Virus record (IMG/VR): IMGVR_UViG_3300037504_000149
Direction: 5' to 3' (one strand)
DNA length: 64,000 bases
DNA from: a virus
Taxonomy: Duplodnaviria; Caudoviricetes
The notes under the pieces are model-generated. The model ran no database searches. It saw only the letters and a list, made by a program, of their open reading frames with translations, and was not told the origin of the DNA. Of the stretch, positions 18,421 to 28,009 are shown one piece after another (the stretch's first letter is position 1; the number at the start of each line of letters is the position of its first letter). A program made the position numbers and the translations under genes.

Positions 18421-18909
18421 ATGAGATTTTGGTCGGTGCATCCTTCGCTTCTTGACACTCCCCGTCTTAACGGGGTTTGGCGTGAAGGTCTTATGGGACT
18501 TAGAGTTCTAGAGAATTGGACACACGGAACTTCGGGAGGTTACCAACATCACCCTCAACTAGATCGTTTCAAAGCAACAGGGTTTCCTTTAGAGAGTTTG
18601 AGTCTATATTTGCATCATATTGCAGATGAAGCGGATAAGAGAAACTTTAACTATAACCGTAGTTTAATAGGTTATTGTCGAAAGACTTGTGAACTACGGT
18701 TAGAATATCAGTATCCTTTAACTGTGTACTTGGGGCAGCTTAAATACGAGCAGGCTCTGCTACAGTATAAGGGTGTTATCGTACTAAACGAAAACTTGCT
18801 AGAGCATCCTATGTTTATAGCAACAAACGATGACAGGATAGCAGACTGGGAACGTACTAAGCATCATGTCTTAGAGTTGATGAAAGGTCAGCGAAATGAA
18901 AACTGCTGA
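18421..18909 (+). CDS. Pyrimidine dimer DNA glycosylase (T4 endonuclease V family)
   Basis: MRFWSVHPSLLD...VWREGL...GYQHHPQLDRF. Confidence 0.85.
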   Translation: MRFWSVHPSLLDTPRLNGVWREGLMGLRVLENWTHGTSGGYQHHPQLDRFKATGFPLESLSLYLHHIADEADKRNFNYNRSLIGYCRKTCELRLEYQYPLTVYLGQLKYEQALLQYKGVIVLNENLLEHPMFIATNDDRIADWERTKHHVLELMKGQRNENC

Positions 18910-19405
18910 GAAGTTAGCTTTGCAATGTTTGCATCATTTGGGGTGGGCGGATCGAAGTACACTTAGTGATCATCTAACTAATATAGTAGGTGATGCTGGT
19001 TACGATCCGTATAATCGTTATCTTAAGGACGGCATAGAACCCTCTCCTTATAGTAGTGTTACTTACAATTCAGTTCGCTATCGTTTAAATAAGATGGAAG
19101 CAAAAGGATATGTAAAGTCAAAGAAATTACATAGTAGGAATGGTCCGACAAAGTATTACCACACTACACCTAAAGGTATTGAAGAAGCTGGTATTACAGA
19201 TCTACCAACTTATGAAACGATGGAGAAGGTTTTAGAAGATTCAGAATGGCTATGCACTGATTTGAAGATAACCTATTACACGGTTGAGTTTACTTTATGG
19301 GGACCGGAGCAGCTATCTAGTGACCTTCAAATATGGATGGAACTTTCTCGTGATGCGTTACAACCTTTACTTGCACGTTGGGCTAAAGAAGGTTTTAAGT
19401 TGTAA
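18896..19405 (+). CDS. Winged helix-turn-helix protein
   Basis: SVRYRLNKMEAKGYV...YYHTTPKG (PadR-like). Confidence 0.6.
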   Translation: MKTAEKLALQCLHHLGWADRSTLSDHLTNIVGDAGYDPYNRYLKDGIEPSPYSSVTYNSVRYRLNKMEAKGYVKSKKLHSRNGPTKYYHTTPKGIEEAGITDLPTYETMEKVLEDSEWLCTDLKITYYTVEFTLWGPEQLSSDLQIWMELSRDALQPLLARWAKEGFKL

Positions 19406-19454
19406 GACAAAAGAAGTATACTTCAGTTAGAATAACAAATCACAAGGAGATAAA

Positions 19455-19718
19455 ATGGATAACAAGTCTAAGTCTAGAAATCATAAAGTTTGGCATATAA
19501 CTTCAGAGTGTAAAATTCCTTTAACTAAACTGCTTAATAAGTTAGGTTTTGCTGCATCTGTTTCGGAAGCTAGGAGACTTATACAACAAGGCGCTGTTAA
19601 ACTTAAGAATAAGGATAGTGAGAAGAAGATTAAAGATACTGATAAGCTTATTGCAAGCTGTGATATAGGCAGCATTATAAAAGTTGGTAGCCATCTAACA
19701 TGTAAATTAGAAAAATGA
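19455..19718 (+). CDS. S4 RNA-binding domain protein (TyrRS C-terminal-like)
   Basis: LGFAASVSEARRLIQQGAVKL...IIKVG. Confidence 0.8.
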   Translation: MDNKSKSRNHKVWHITSECKIPLTKLLNKLGFAASVSEARRLIQQGAVKLKNKDSEKKIKDTDKLIASCDIGSIIKVGSHLTCKLEK

Positions 19719-20212
19719 TAGCTTGGAAAACATTAGAGGGACTTGACAGTGTTAATAGTGCTTGGTTGAAAGCAGCTATTAATAAGCTAGGTGGAGACGG
19801 TATAACTCTATTACAAGCTCGTAAAGCTTGTAAGGACGGAGTTTTTAACTTACTTGAAGTTGTTGAACTATACACAACAATAAACTATCCTAATAGGGAA
19901 TTAGCTTTAGGTAAGATGGTAGCTCATATACATCCTAAAATATCTACATACTATAAGAAGGAAGAAATCTATCATCACAATCAGAAGTGTCTTCTTAGCG
20001 GTAGATTAGAAGATATTGATGGGTCTGCTGCTGTTAAGGCTAGTAAAGCTGCCACTAAGGATGATGCTACTTACACTTGGACTGGTTGGGCTGTTAATTG
20101 GGCTTCTTATAGAGATGCTGGTGCCACTATGGCTGCTGGAATTACTATTTGGTCTGTTACTTGTGTAGAAGATTTAATTGACATCTACTTCAACGGTTTG
20201 GAGGAAGCATGA
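19715..20212 (+). CDS. Ala/Trp-variable paralog family member 1
   Basis: KLGGDGITL.QARKACK...DLIDIYF framework. Confidence 0.8.
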   Translation: MIAWKTLEGLDSVNSAWLKAAINKLGGDGITLLQARKACKDGVFNLLEVVELYTTINYPNRELALGKMVAHIHPKISTYYKKEEIYHHNQKCLLSGRLEDIDGSAAVKASKAATKDDATYTWTGWAVNWASYRDAGATMAAGITIWSVTCVEDLIDIYFNGLEEA

Positions 20213-20841
20213 GTAAGTTTATTACTTGGAAAAAGTTGAAAGATACGGACGGTATTTGTAATACTGGTTTAGGGGAAGTTATTGAGCAACTAGGCGGTAA
20301 AGGTATTACCCTACCTCAAGCTCGTAAAGCTTGTAAGGAGGGAGTATTTTCTTTACCTGATGCTGTTAGAGCAGCTACAGCAATAAAGCTACCTAACTGG
20401 AAACTAGCTTTGGGAAAGGTAGTAGCATTCGTACATCCTAAAGCTAAAAAATACTATAAACATAAAGATGCTTATCTCCATAACCAGAATGTTCTTGAGA
20501 GCGGTAGAATAGAAGATGTAGATGGGGCTGCTGCTGATGCTGCTTGGGCTGCTGCTGAGGCCGCTGGAAAGGAGGATGCTGCTGCTTTTGCTGATAATGC
20601 TACAGATGAGGCCACTGGGGAGGAGGATGCTGCTGATAGAGCTGCTGCTTGGGCTGCTGATGCTGTTGAGGCTGCTGCTAGAGCTGCTGCTTGGGCTGCT
20701 GATGCTGCGCATGCTGCCAGGGATGCTGATGCTGTTGATGTTGATCTGGCTGCTGATGCTGCTGCTTGGGCTACTAGGGCTGATAGGACTAATGTAAATA
20801 ACCTTATCGATATCTACTTCAACGTTTTGGAGGAAAAGTGA
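20209..20841 (+). CDS. Ala/Trp-variable paralog family member 2
   Basis: Same framework, longest GCT-rich segment. Confidence 0.8.
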   Translation: MSKFITWKKLKDTDGICNTGLGEVIEQLGGKGITLPQARKACKEGVFSLPDAVRAATAIKLPNWKLALGKVVAFVHPKAKKYYKHKDAYLHNQNVLESGRIEDVDGAAADAAWAAAEAAGKEDAAAFADNATDEATGEEDAADRAAAWAADAVEAAARAAAWAADAAHAARDADAVDVDLAADAAAWATRADRTNVNNLIDIYFNVLEEK

Positions 20842-21161
20842 ACCAGATATACGAAATATATCCTTACCGAACTGCCTCTGGTTGGGCCTTTGATGATGGA
20901 GCAGTGGGATTACATCATGAACCTTTTGTAGCAGGAATTCCTGCAATGATTGACTCTGTTGCAGGGGGACGAGATAATATCACTATTCGGTTTTCTAGTG
21001 ACCCTTTTCCCAATTATACCTTACACCTTAGTCGTGTACGATTAGAATACGGCGGTGCGTGGTATAAGTTAGAGGGAAGTGATATGGAGGGGTGGTTGTG
21101 TCCAGCATTACTTAAGTATTTTGCTGAGCCTCCAAAACATATATACGCAGAGATTCTATAA
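20838..21161 (+). CDS. DUF6717-like protein
   Basis: WAFDD...EPFVAG...GGAWY...EGWLCPALLKYF. Confidence 0.7.
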   Translation: MNQIYEIYPYRTASGWAFDDGAVGLHHEPFVAGIPAMIDSVAGGRDNITIRFSSDPFPNYTLHLSRVRLEYGGAWYKLEGSDMEGWLCPALLKYFAEPPKHIYAEIL

Positions 21162-21638
21162 AGATTAACAATTATAGGGGATTATTATGGCTATATGGAT
21201 ATGTACTAATTGCGAAGAAACACGTGAGACAAGTTTAGACGATGGATTGTTTTATGTCTCTTGTACAACCTGTGGGTTAATACACGAACTACATATTGAT
21301 CAAGGTGAAATGATATCTGTAGAACCACTCAAAGGTTTAAGGCTACTTAAAGAAAATACTTATGATGTACCGGGGTGGAAACATCGAGGTCGTGCATGTC
21401 AGGAGTCATATGTTAAATGGGATGATGATTAGGAGTTTAGGTTTAACTAAAACCTGTACCTACTTTAACGTCTTGAGGAAACCATGCATAAGGATATGTG
21501 GGAAAAGTTAATAAAGGACGATTTAGACGCGGCTTTAGATGCGGCTGCTGACGTTGCTTGGGTTGCTGACGTTGCCGCTATGCCTGCTGTTATTCTGGCT
21601 GCGCGAGCCGTCTTTGTTGAGGTTGTGGGGGAGGATGT

Positions 21639-21719
21639 ATGAAACTTTGGTCTTTACATCCATCTTTATTAGACCAGCCACGGCTGTGCCTCTTGAACAC
21701 AATTAGTTTATTACACTAA
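21639..21719 (+). pseudogene. N-terminal remnant of a DenV-like glycosylase
   Basis: MKLWSLHPSLLDQPRL matches the start of 18421-18909, then stops after 26 codons. Confidence 0.7.
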
Positions 21720-21727
21720 CAAGGTAG

Positions 21728-22099
21728 GTGGTCTGTGAGGTAAATCAGTATTTTGATAATGCTGATTTGCTTGAGGTTTCAGGTCAAAATATCGTAAATG
21801 CCACAGCACGGCCAGATACTGGTGCGTTCCATTTCTGGTTTGATGCGTGGGGAGACAACACAGAAACAGTCCATCTTACTGTTAACTGGGATGGTACAGT
21901 GCCAGCTTGGGCTAATGCTCCTATGGGGCCTTGTCCTTTTGAAGATATTGAGGAACCTACTAACACAGACCTTATTGAGTGGTATACTTTTTACTCCAGC
22001 TTTGGTGATGATGAGATGGAGTTTTGTATTCACCACATGGTTAACGACTCACTTTCTATTAGTCTAGGAGATTCACCGTCGGTAGTTGTTTCTTTCTAA
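21728..22099 (+). pseudogene. 5'-truncated paralog of the secreted protein at 36049-36582
   Basis: Near-identical EVNQYFDNADLLEVSGQNIV...; lacks the signal peptide. Confidence 0.7.
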
Positions 22100-22110
22100 A
22101 AGGAGATATC

Positions 22111-22299
22111 ATGGGACAAAAACTGAAAGAGATATACGATTTTGTTAGGGATAGGGGAAAGTTTATTGATGTTATGCGCCTAGCAATGGTTACCAAGATA
22201 ACTCGACCAGAGGCGATGGAAATCCCCGATGATCCAGACATGGTTTCCAAGGTTCGGATGGCGGCAATGTTTATCCTCGAAACCGATGACATTCCTTAA
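22111..22299 (+). CDS. Small hypothetical protein
   Basis: AAGGAGA RBS; MRLAMVTKI...PDDP. Confidence 0.6.
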   Translation: MGQKLKEIYDFVRDRGKFIDVMRLAMVTKITRPEAMEIPDDPDMVSKVRMAAMFILETDDIP

Positions 22300-22382
22300 A
22301 CATCACAAAAGGAGATAACGATGAAGGCAGGTAAAGAATACAAGAAGTGGGGATGGAGCTTTGTAGAAAACAAAAGGGACAT

Positions 22383-22886
22383 ATGATTACACACACAACC
22401 GGGGATATTCTCCAGGATGAAGCCGAGGCCATTATCAACACCGTCAACTGTGTCGGGGTGATGGGGCGCGGTCTTGCGCTGCAATTTAAGAAGGCTTTTC
22501 CATTAAACTTCAAAGCCTATGCTATCGCCTGCAAGCAAGACAAGGTGCAGCCGGGTAGGATGTTCGTCTATCACAACAAGGGCCTTTCTAGTCCGCGATA
22601 CATTATCAACTTCCCGACTAAACGCCACTGGCGGGACAAGAGCCTCATGGAGGATGTTGAAGCGGGGCTGGAGGATCTGGTCAGAGTTATCCGTGAGAAG
22701 GATATCAAGTCCATCGCGCTTCCAGCGCTTGGCTGCGGTCTTGGGGGATTGGATTGGAGCGAGGTGAAGGCCCATATCGAACAGGCGCTTGCACCTTTGG
22801 CTGACATAGAAATCAACGTATACGAACCAAAGGGCGCTCCCGCTTCGGAGAAGATGGTGCGTAACCGCGAAGTGCCAATGCCGTAG
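22383..22886 (+). CDS. DarG-like macrodomain (DNA ADP-ribosyl hydrolase domain), C-terminally truncated
   Basis: GDIL...NTVNCVGVMGRGLALQFK...INFPTKRHW...SIALPALGCGLGGLDW; GC-rich segment. Confidence 0.85.
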   Translation: MITHTTGDILQDEAEAIINTVNCVGVMGRGLALQFKKAFPLNFKAYAIACKQDKVQPGRMFVYHNKGLSSPRYIINFPTKRHWRDKSLMEDVEAGLEDLVRVIREKDIKSIALPALGCGLGGLDWSEVKAHIEQALAPLADIEINVYEPKGAPASEKMVRNREVPMP

Positions 22887-22928
22887 ATAACATTATCGAC
22901 ATCTACTTTGATGCTTTGGAGGAAAAGC

Positions 22929-23447
22929 ATGAGTAAGGTACTCTGGAAAAAACTAAGAAAAACTGAAGGTATCTGCTCTGAAGGATTAAAAGATGTTATC
23001 TCTAAATTAGGGGGAAATGGTATTACCCTATCTCAAGCTCGTGAAGCTTGTAAAGAGGGTATCTTTTCTTTCCCTGATGCTGCTAGAGCAGCTACAATAT
23101 TAAAGCTTCCTAACCATAAACTAGCTTTGGGGAAGGTGGTAGCTCATATCCATCCTAAAGCTAAGGATTATTATGACGATGATGCTGTCTATCTACAGAA
23201 TCAAAAATCCCTCGAAGAGGGCAGGTTAGAAACTGTAGCTGCTGATGCTGCTACTTGGGCTGCTGCTAGGGCTGCTTGGGGTGCTAGGGCTGCTGCTAGG
23301 GCTGCTGAGGCTGCTGAGGATGCTGCTAGGGCTGCTACTGTTGGGGCTGCTGCTACTGTTGGGGCTGCTGCTGCTGTTGGGGCTGCTGATGATGTAGCTG
23401 ACCTTATAGACATCTACTTTGATGCTTTGGAGGGTAACCATGAGTGA
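22929..23447 (+). CDS. Ala/Trp-variable paralog family member 3
   Basis: Family framework. Confidence 0.8.
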   Translation: MSKVLWKKLRKTEGICSEGLKDVISKLGGNGITLSQAREACKEGIFSFPDAARAATILKLPNHKLALGKVVAHIHPKAKDYYDDDAVYLQNQKSLEEGRLETVAADAATWAAARAAWGARAAARAAEAAEDAARAATVGAAATVGAAAAVGAADDVADLIDIYFDALEGNHE

Positions 23448-23970
23448 TCTTATACCTTGGCAAGCAATGAAAGATGCAGATGGTATTTGCAATACCGGTT
23501 TAGAGAAAGTAATTTCTAAACTGGGCGGTAAAGGTATTACCTTATCTCAAGCTCGTAAAGCTTGTAAGGAGGGGGTCTTTCCTTTATGGTATGCTGTTAT
23601 AGCAGCTACAGCACTGGAATTACCTAACTGGGAACTAGCTTTGGGAAAGGTAGTAGCATTCGTACATCCTAAAGCTAAAAAATACTATACACATAAAGAT
23701 GCTTATCGCCATAACCAGAAAGCTTTGGAGGAGGGTAGATTAGCTGATGTAGATAGAAATGCTGCTCATCAGGCTGCTGTTAGGGTTGCTGATTGGGCTG
23801 CTCGGGTTGCTGATTGGGCTGCTGCTAAGGCTGCTCGGGTTGCTGATGCTGCTGTGGATGCTACTTGGGCTGCTGAGGCCGCTGCTCTGCTGCTGCTTTA
23901 TTGGGCTGCTGGTTGGGATACTGTAAATGATCTCATTGATATTTACTTTGACGCTTTGGAGGAAGCATGA
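23440..23970 (+). CDS. Ala/Trp-variable paralog family member 4
   Basis: Family framework. Confidence 0.8.
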   Translation: MSDLIPWQAMKDADGICNTGLEKVISKLGGKGITLSQARKACKEGVFPLWYAVIAATALELPNWELALGKVVAFVHPKAKKYYTHKDAYRHNQKALEEGRLADVDRNAAHQAAVRVADWAARVADWAAAKAARVADAAVDATWAAEAAALLLLYWAAGWDTVNDLIDIYFDALEEA

Positions 23971-24521
23971 GCAGGTTCATATCTTGGAAAGAGCTAAGAA
24001 AAACCGTTGGTATCTGCTCTGGCGGTTTAGAGAAAGTTATTAATAAATTAGGCGGTAAAGGTATTACCCTATCTCAGGCTCGTAAAGCCTGCAAGGAGGG
24101 TATTTTTACTTTCTCTGATGCTGTAAGGTTCGCTACAACATTAAAATTACCCAACTGGAAATTAGCTTTAGGGGAGATGGTAGCTCATGTCCACCCTAAA
24201 GCTAAGGATTATTATAAAGATGGAAAAAGATATCTTCGTAATCAGGAAGCCCTTGAACGAGGTAAGCTAGAGTATATAAATAAAAAGGCTGCTAAACAGG
24301 CTGCTAAACAGGCTGCTAAACAGGCTGATGAGACTGCTTATTGGGCTGCTGATGCTACTTGGACTGCTGAAGCTGCTTGGACTGCTGAAGCTGCTTGGGC
24401 TGCTGAAGCTGCTTGGGATGCTGCTAAAGCTGCTTGGGCTGCTGCTAAGGCTGCTAAGGCTGCTGGTGGTGGTGTAGATGACCTTATCGATATCTATTTT
24501 GATGTTTTGGAGGAAGCATGA
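23967..24521 (+). CDS. Ala/Trp-variable paralog family member 5
   Basis: Family framework; ATGA overlap. Confidence 0.8.
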   Translation: MSRFISWKELRKTVGICSGGLEKVINKLGGKGITLSQARKACKEGIFTFSDAVRFATTLKLPNWKLALGEMVAHVHPKAKDYYKDGKRYLRNQEALERGKLEYINKKAAKQAAKQAAKQADETAYWAADATWTAEAAWTAEAAWAAEAAWDAAKAAWAAAKAAKAAGGGVDDLIDIYFDVLEEA

Positions 24522-25033
24522 GCAGGTTCATATCTTGGAAAGCAATGAAGGATACGGACGGCATCTGTAATATTGATTTAGAGGAAGTTATTGAAAAACT
24601 AGGAGGAGATGGGATAACGTTATCTCAAGCTCGAAGAGCCTGCAAGGAGGGTATCTTTTATTTCCCTAATGCTGTTAGAGCAGCTACAGCATTAGAGCTA
24701 CCTAATTGGGAAAAGGCTTTGGGGAAGGCTGTAGCTCATGTCCATCCTAAAGCAAAAGATTATTACGAAGATGAAGAAGCCTATCTCCATAACCAGAAAG
24801 CGTTGGAGGAGGGTAGATTAGAAGATGTAGACAGGGCTGCTGCTCGGGCTGCTGCTAATGCTGCTGGGGCTGCTGAGGCTGATTGGGCTACTTGGGCTGC
24901 TGCTGCTACTAAGGCTGCTTGGGATGCTGCTGAGGCTGCTGCGGCTACTTGGACTGCTTGGGCTGCTGCTGTGGCTGTTGACGACGTAAATGATCTTATC
25001 GATATCTATTTTGATGTATTGGAGGAAGCATGA
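24518..25033 (+). CDS. Ala/Trp-variable paralog family member 6
   Basis: Family framework; ATGA overlap. Confidence 0.8.
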   Translation: MSRFISWKAMKDTDGICNIDLEEVIEKLGGDGITLSQARRACKEGIFYFPNAVRAATALELPNWEKALGKAVAHVHPKAKDYYEDEEAYLHNQKALEEGRLEDVDRAAARAAANAAGAAEADWATWAAAATKAAWDAAEAAAATWTAWAAAVAVDDVNDLIDIYFDVLEEA

Positions 25034-25800
25034 GTAAGATAATACTTTGGGAAACAATGAAAGATACAGTCGGTATCTGTAATAGAGGGTTAAAGGAAGT
25101 TATCAATAAACTAGGGGGAGAAGGGATAACTCTACCTCAAGCTCGTAAAGCTTGTAAGGAGGGGGTCTTTCCTTTATGGTATGCTGTTAGAGCAGCTACA
25201 GCACTGGAATTACCTAACTGGAAATTAGCTTTAGGGAAGGTAGTAGCACACGTTCATCCTAAAGCTAAAAAATACTATAAAGATGAAGCTGTCTATTTCT
25301 ATAACCAGAAGATTCTTGAGGAGGGTAGATTAGAAGATATAGATAGTGCTGCTGCTGGGGCTGCTGTTGATGCTGCTGCTACTTGGGCTGCTTGGGCTGC
25401 TACTTGGGCTACTAGGGCTGCTGGGTGGGCTGCTGCTCCCTGCTGCTCTGCTGCTAGGGCTGCTAATGCTGCTGAGGCTGCTGCTGGTGGTGTTGATGAA
25501 CTCATTGACATATACTTTGATACACTGGAGGAAAAAATGAAGGAAATAACTTTTACTAAGGAAGAGTTTTTAGCAGATGCTCGCAAGGCTGCTGAGAAAT
25601 ATGATGCGCTGCCAGAATGGAAGAAAGCTCATTTAACTTTTTCACAACCTTATTATACAAAAGAGAAAAAGATGATTGTTAAAGAAGGTTCTATACTAGC
25701 TAGAGCATTAAAAAATATTAGCTCTCGATATAAAAACGCTCCAGAATGGGTAAAGAATAATCTATCTGTTTCACGAAAGATCAAAAAAGAGGAGAAATGA
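25030..25800 (+). CDS. Ala/Trp-variable paralog family member 7, read through into a downstream small gene
   Basis: Framework ends LEEK, then an in-frame MKEITF... extension from ATG 25538. Confidence 0.7.
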   Translation: MSKIILWETMKDTVGICNRGLKEVINKLGGEGITLPQARKACKEGVFPLWYAVRAATALELPNWKLALGKVVAHVHPKAKKYYKDEAVYFYNQKILEEGRLEDIDSAAAGAAVDAAATWAAWAATWATRAAGWAAAPCCSAARAANAAEAAAGGVDELIDIYFDTLEEKMKEITFTKEEFLADARKAAEKYDALPEWKKAHLTFSQPYYTKEKKMIVKEGSILARALKNISSRYKNAPEWVKNNLSVSRKIKKEEK

Positions 25801-26954
25801 TGGAAATTAAACCTTGTCCCTTCAGTCATATAAGCACAGACAATGAGGCACCAGTTGCCGAGAATGAAGAATATTTAAAGAACCAACTGATTACATATAT
25901 TGGTAATAAAAGGTCATTGTTATACTTGATTAACAAAGCGATAATATCAATTAAAAAAAGAATCGGTAAAGATGCTTTACGTACATTTGATGTATTTAGC
26001 GGCTCCGGTATTGTTTCGAGACTGTTTAAATCTCATTCTTCATATATCATAGCTAATGATATTGAGGATTATGCGCATACTATTAGCAAATGTTATTTAA
26101 CTAATCGAAGTGAAGTTAACTATCATGTTATTAATAATATATTTAATGATATTAATAATAAAGTAATAAATAACAATTATTCCGAAGGGTTCATAGAGGA
26201 ATTGTATTCGCCAAATGATGATCAGAATATAACAATTGATGATAGGGTGTTCTATACGAAAAATAACGCTAGAAGAATTGATAATTATCGTCGTTTAATT
26301 GATACATATCCAAAAAAGTATAAAAAATTATTACTAGGCCCATTATTAAGTGAGGCTTCAATTCACGCAAATACAGCAGGTGTATTTAAGGGGTTCTATA
26401 AAAATGTAAAAACAAAAATTGGTCAATATGGTGGCTCTAATAGTGATGCATTAACTCGCATATTGGGTGATATAATACTTACAGAACCAATATTGAGTAA
26501 CTATGAATGTGATTATGCTGTATATCAAGAGGATGCAAATGCACTTGTTCGCAATATAGATGAGGTTGATATTGCTTATATAGACCCTCCATACAATCAA
26601 CATCCATATGGTTCTAACTATTTTATGTTAAATCTTATCAATAATTATAAGCGCCCAGGTGAAATCAGTAAGGTTTCAGGTATACCTAAAAATTGGAAGA
26701 GATCGGGCTATAACGTGCGAAAAAAATCAAAATTGTTGGTTTCTGATCTTGTTAATAACATAAAAGCAAAATATTTGTTAATATCATACAATGACGAAGG
26801 TTTTATTAGTCCTGATGATATGATGATAATACTAAATGATATTGGCAAAGTAGAGGTTGTAGAAAAAAAATATAACGCATTCAGAGGAAGCAGAAGTTTT
26901 AAAAATAGATCTATTCATGTTACCGAGCAATTATTTATAGTTGAAAGGAGATAG
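25797..26954 (+). CDS. N6-adenine DNA methyltransferase (D12/Dam-like class)
   Basis: TYIGNKRSL, FDVFSGSGIVS, YIDPPY; very AT-rich. Confidence 0.9.
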   Translation: MMEIKPCPFSHISTDNEAPVAENEEYLKNQLITYIGNKRSLLYLINKAIISIKKRIGKDALRTFDVFSGSGIVSRLFKSHSSYIIANDIEDYAHTISKCYLTNRSEVNYHVINNIFNDINNKVINNNYSEGFIEELYSPNDDQNITIDDRVFYTKNNARRIDNYRRLIDTYPKKYKKLLLGPLLSEASIHANTAGVFKGFYKNVKTKIGQYGGSNSDALTRILGDIILTEPILSNYECDYAVYQEDANALVRNIDEVDIAYIDPPYNQHPYGSNYFMLNLINNYKRPGEISKVSGIPKNWKRSGYNVRKKSKLLVSDLVNNIKAKYLLISYNDEGFISPDDMMIILNDIGKVEVVEKKYNAFRGSRSFKNRSIHVTEQLFIVERR

Positions 26955-26957
26955 ATT

Positions 26958-27086
26958 ATGTCTAAAAAACACGATCTACGTAAACAAAGAACTGGAACAA
27001 TAATAAATGTAACATCAAAGAAACAAGAACAAGATAACAGAGAGCGTCTTAGAATCGAGACAGAGAAAACAAAGGAGCAAGCATGA
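26958..27086 (+). pseudogene. Possible N-terminal remnant of the cognate restriction endonuclease
   Basis: MSKKHDLRKQRTGTIINVTSKKQE directly follows the MTase with an RBS; truncated at 42 aa; family resemblance is from memory. Confidence 0.45.
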
Positions 27087-27502
27087 GAAACCTTTTCGAG
27101 GAATTGAGGGATTGGGGCAAGGAGTTATATAAGACATACTTAGAGCCGCATGGTTTGGTGCAGGTCGAGTGGAGTTCTTGTTATGTCAGTGATGAGTGGC
27201 ATCCTCCAGATGCTCTTTATCATCTCTACAAAGGAGTAGTGAATAGATTAGGTCTGGCTCTTTACTATAAAGAAGAGAGGCACGAGGACGAGTTTCGCTT
27301 GATGGGGTGTGGTGATATTATTCCAAGATTTTTTATACCATTCATAGAGTCCTTTGAGAACGGTATTAAAGAACAGGTCTCTCAAGTAGTTAATGGCGGC
27401 GTACCAGCGCGTAAAAAACTCCTTCACGCCTTGGACAAAGCACGGGGCAGTAGAGCAAAGAAATAAAAGAAGAGATGATATATCTCTAAAAAGGAGTCAA
27501 AG

Positions 27503-27985
27503 ATGAAAGAGACTAACAGAAAGCACTTTAGGGTGTTTCAGGCCAGAAACGAAGAATGGTATTGGGAGTTATTACATAAGGGAAAGAAAATAGCTTCGGG
27601 GGGAGAAGGATTTCCTACAAAACAAGAATGCTTGTTGTATATTGGTAGAGTTAAGGAGTGTGTGGGCATTGCATCAATAGAAGATGAAGAACCGATAGAA
27701 GTAGCAAACAACTTGTTAACAACCTCATTAAAAGAAGGAGAAAAGATGAGATATATTCGAGATAAAGTACTAACCCTGATGTCTGAAGCTGCTGCTAGTA
27801 TTGATACTGAAGATTATGAGGTATGTGAGTGGGGTCCAGTAGAACAACTGGTAGCTAATGAATACAAATTCTTGAAAAGCATTGGAAGAGAACTTGGTCT
27901 TGATGTATATATTGCGGTTTCTGTTGATGGAGAAGCTGATGAGGATGTGGTTTGTTTTGGCCCAAAAGAGGATGATGATATTTAA
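27503..27985 (+). CDS. YegP/DUF1508-like domain fused to a small paralog domain
   Basis: FRVFQ...EWYWEL...IASGGEGFPTKQEC. Confidence 0.6.
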   Translation: MKETNRKHFRVFQARNEEWYWELLHKGKKIASGGEGFPTKQECLLYIGRVKECVGIASIEDEEPIEVANNLLTTSLKEGEKMRYIRDKVLTLMSEAAASIDTEDYEVCEWGPVEQLVANEYKFLKSIGRELGLDVYIAVSVDGEADEDVVCFGPKEDDDI

Positions 27986-28009
27986 AGTGCATCTCCAAAG
28001 GGACATACT

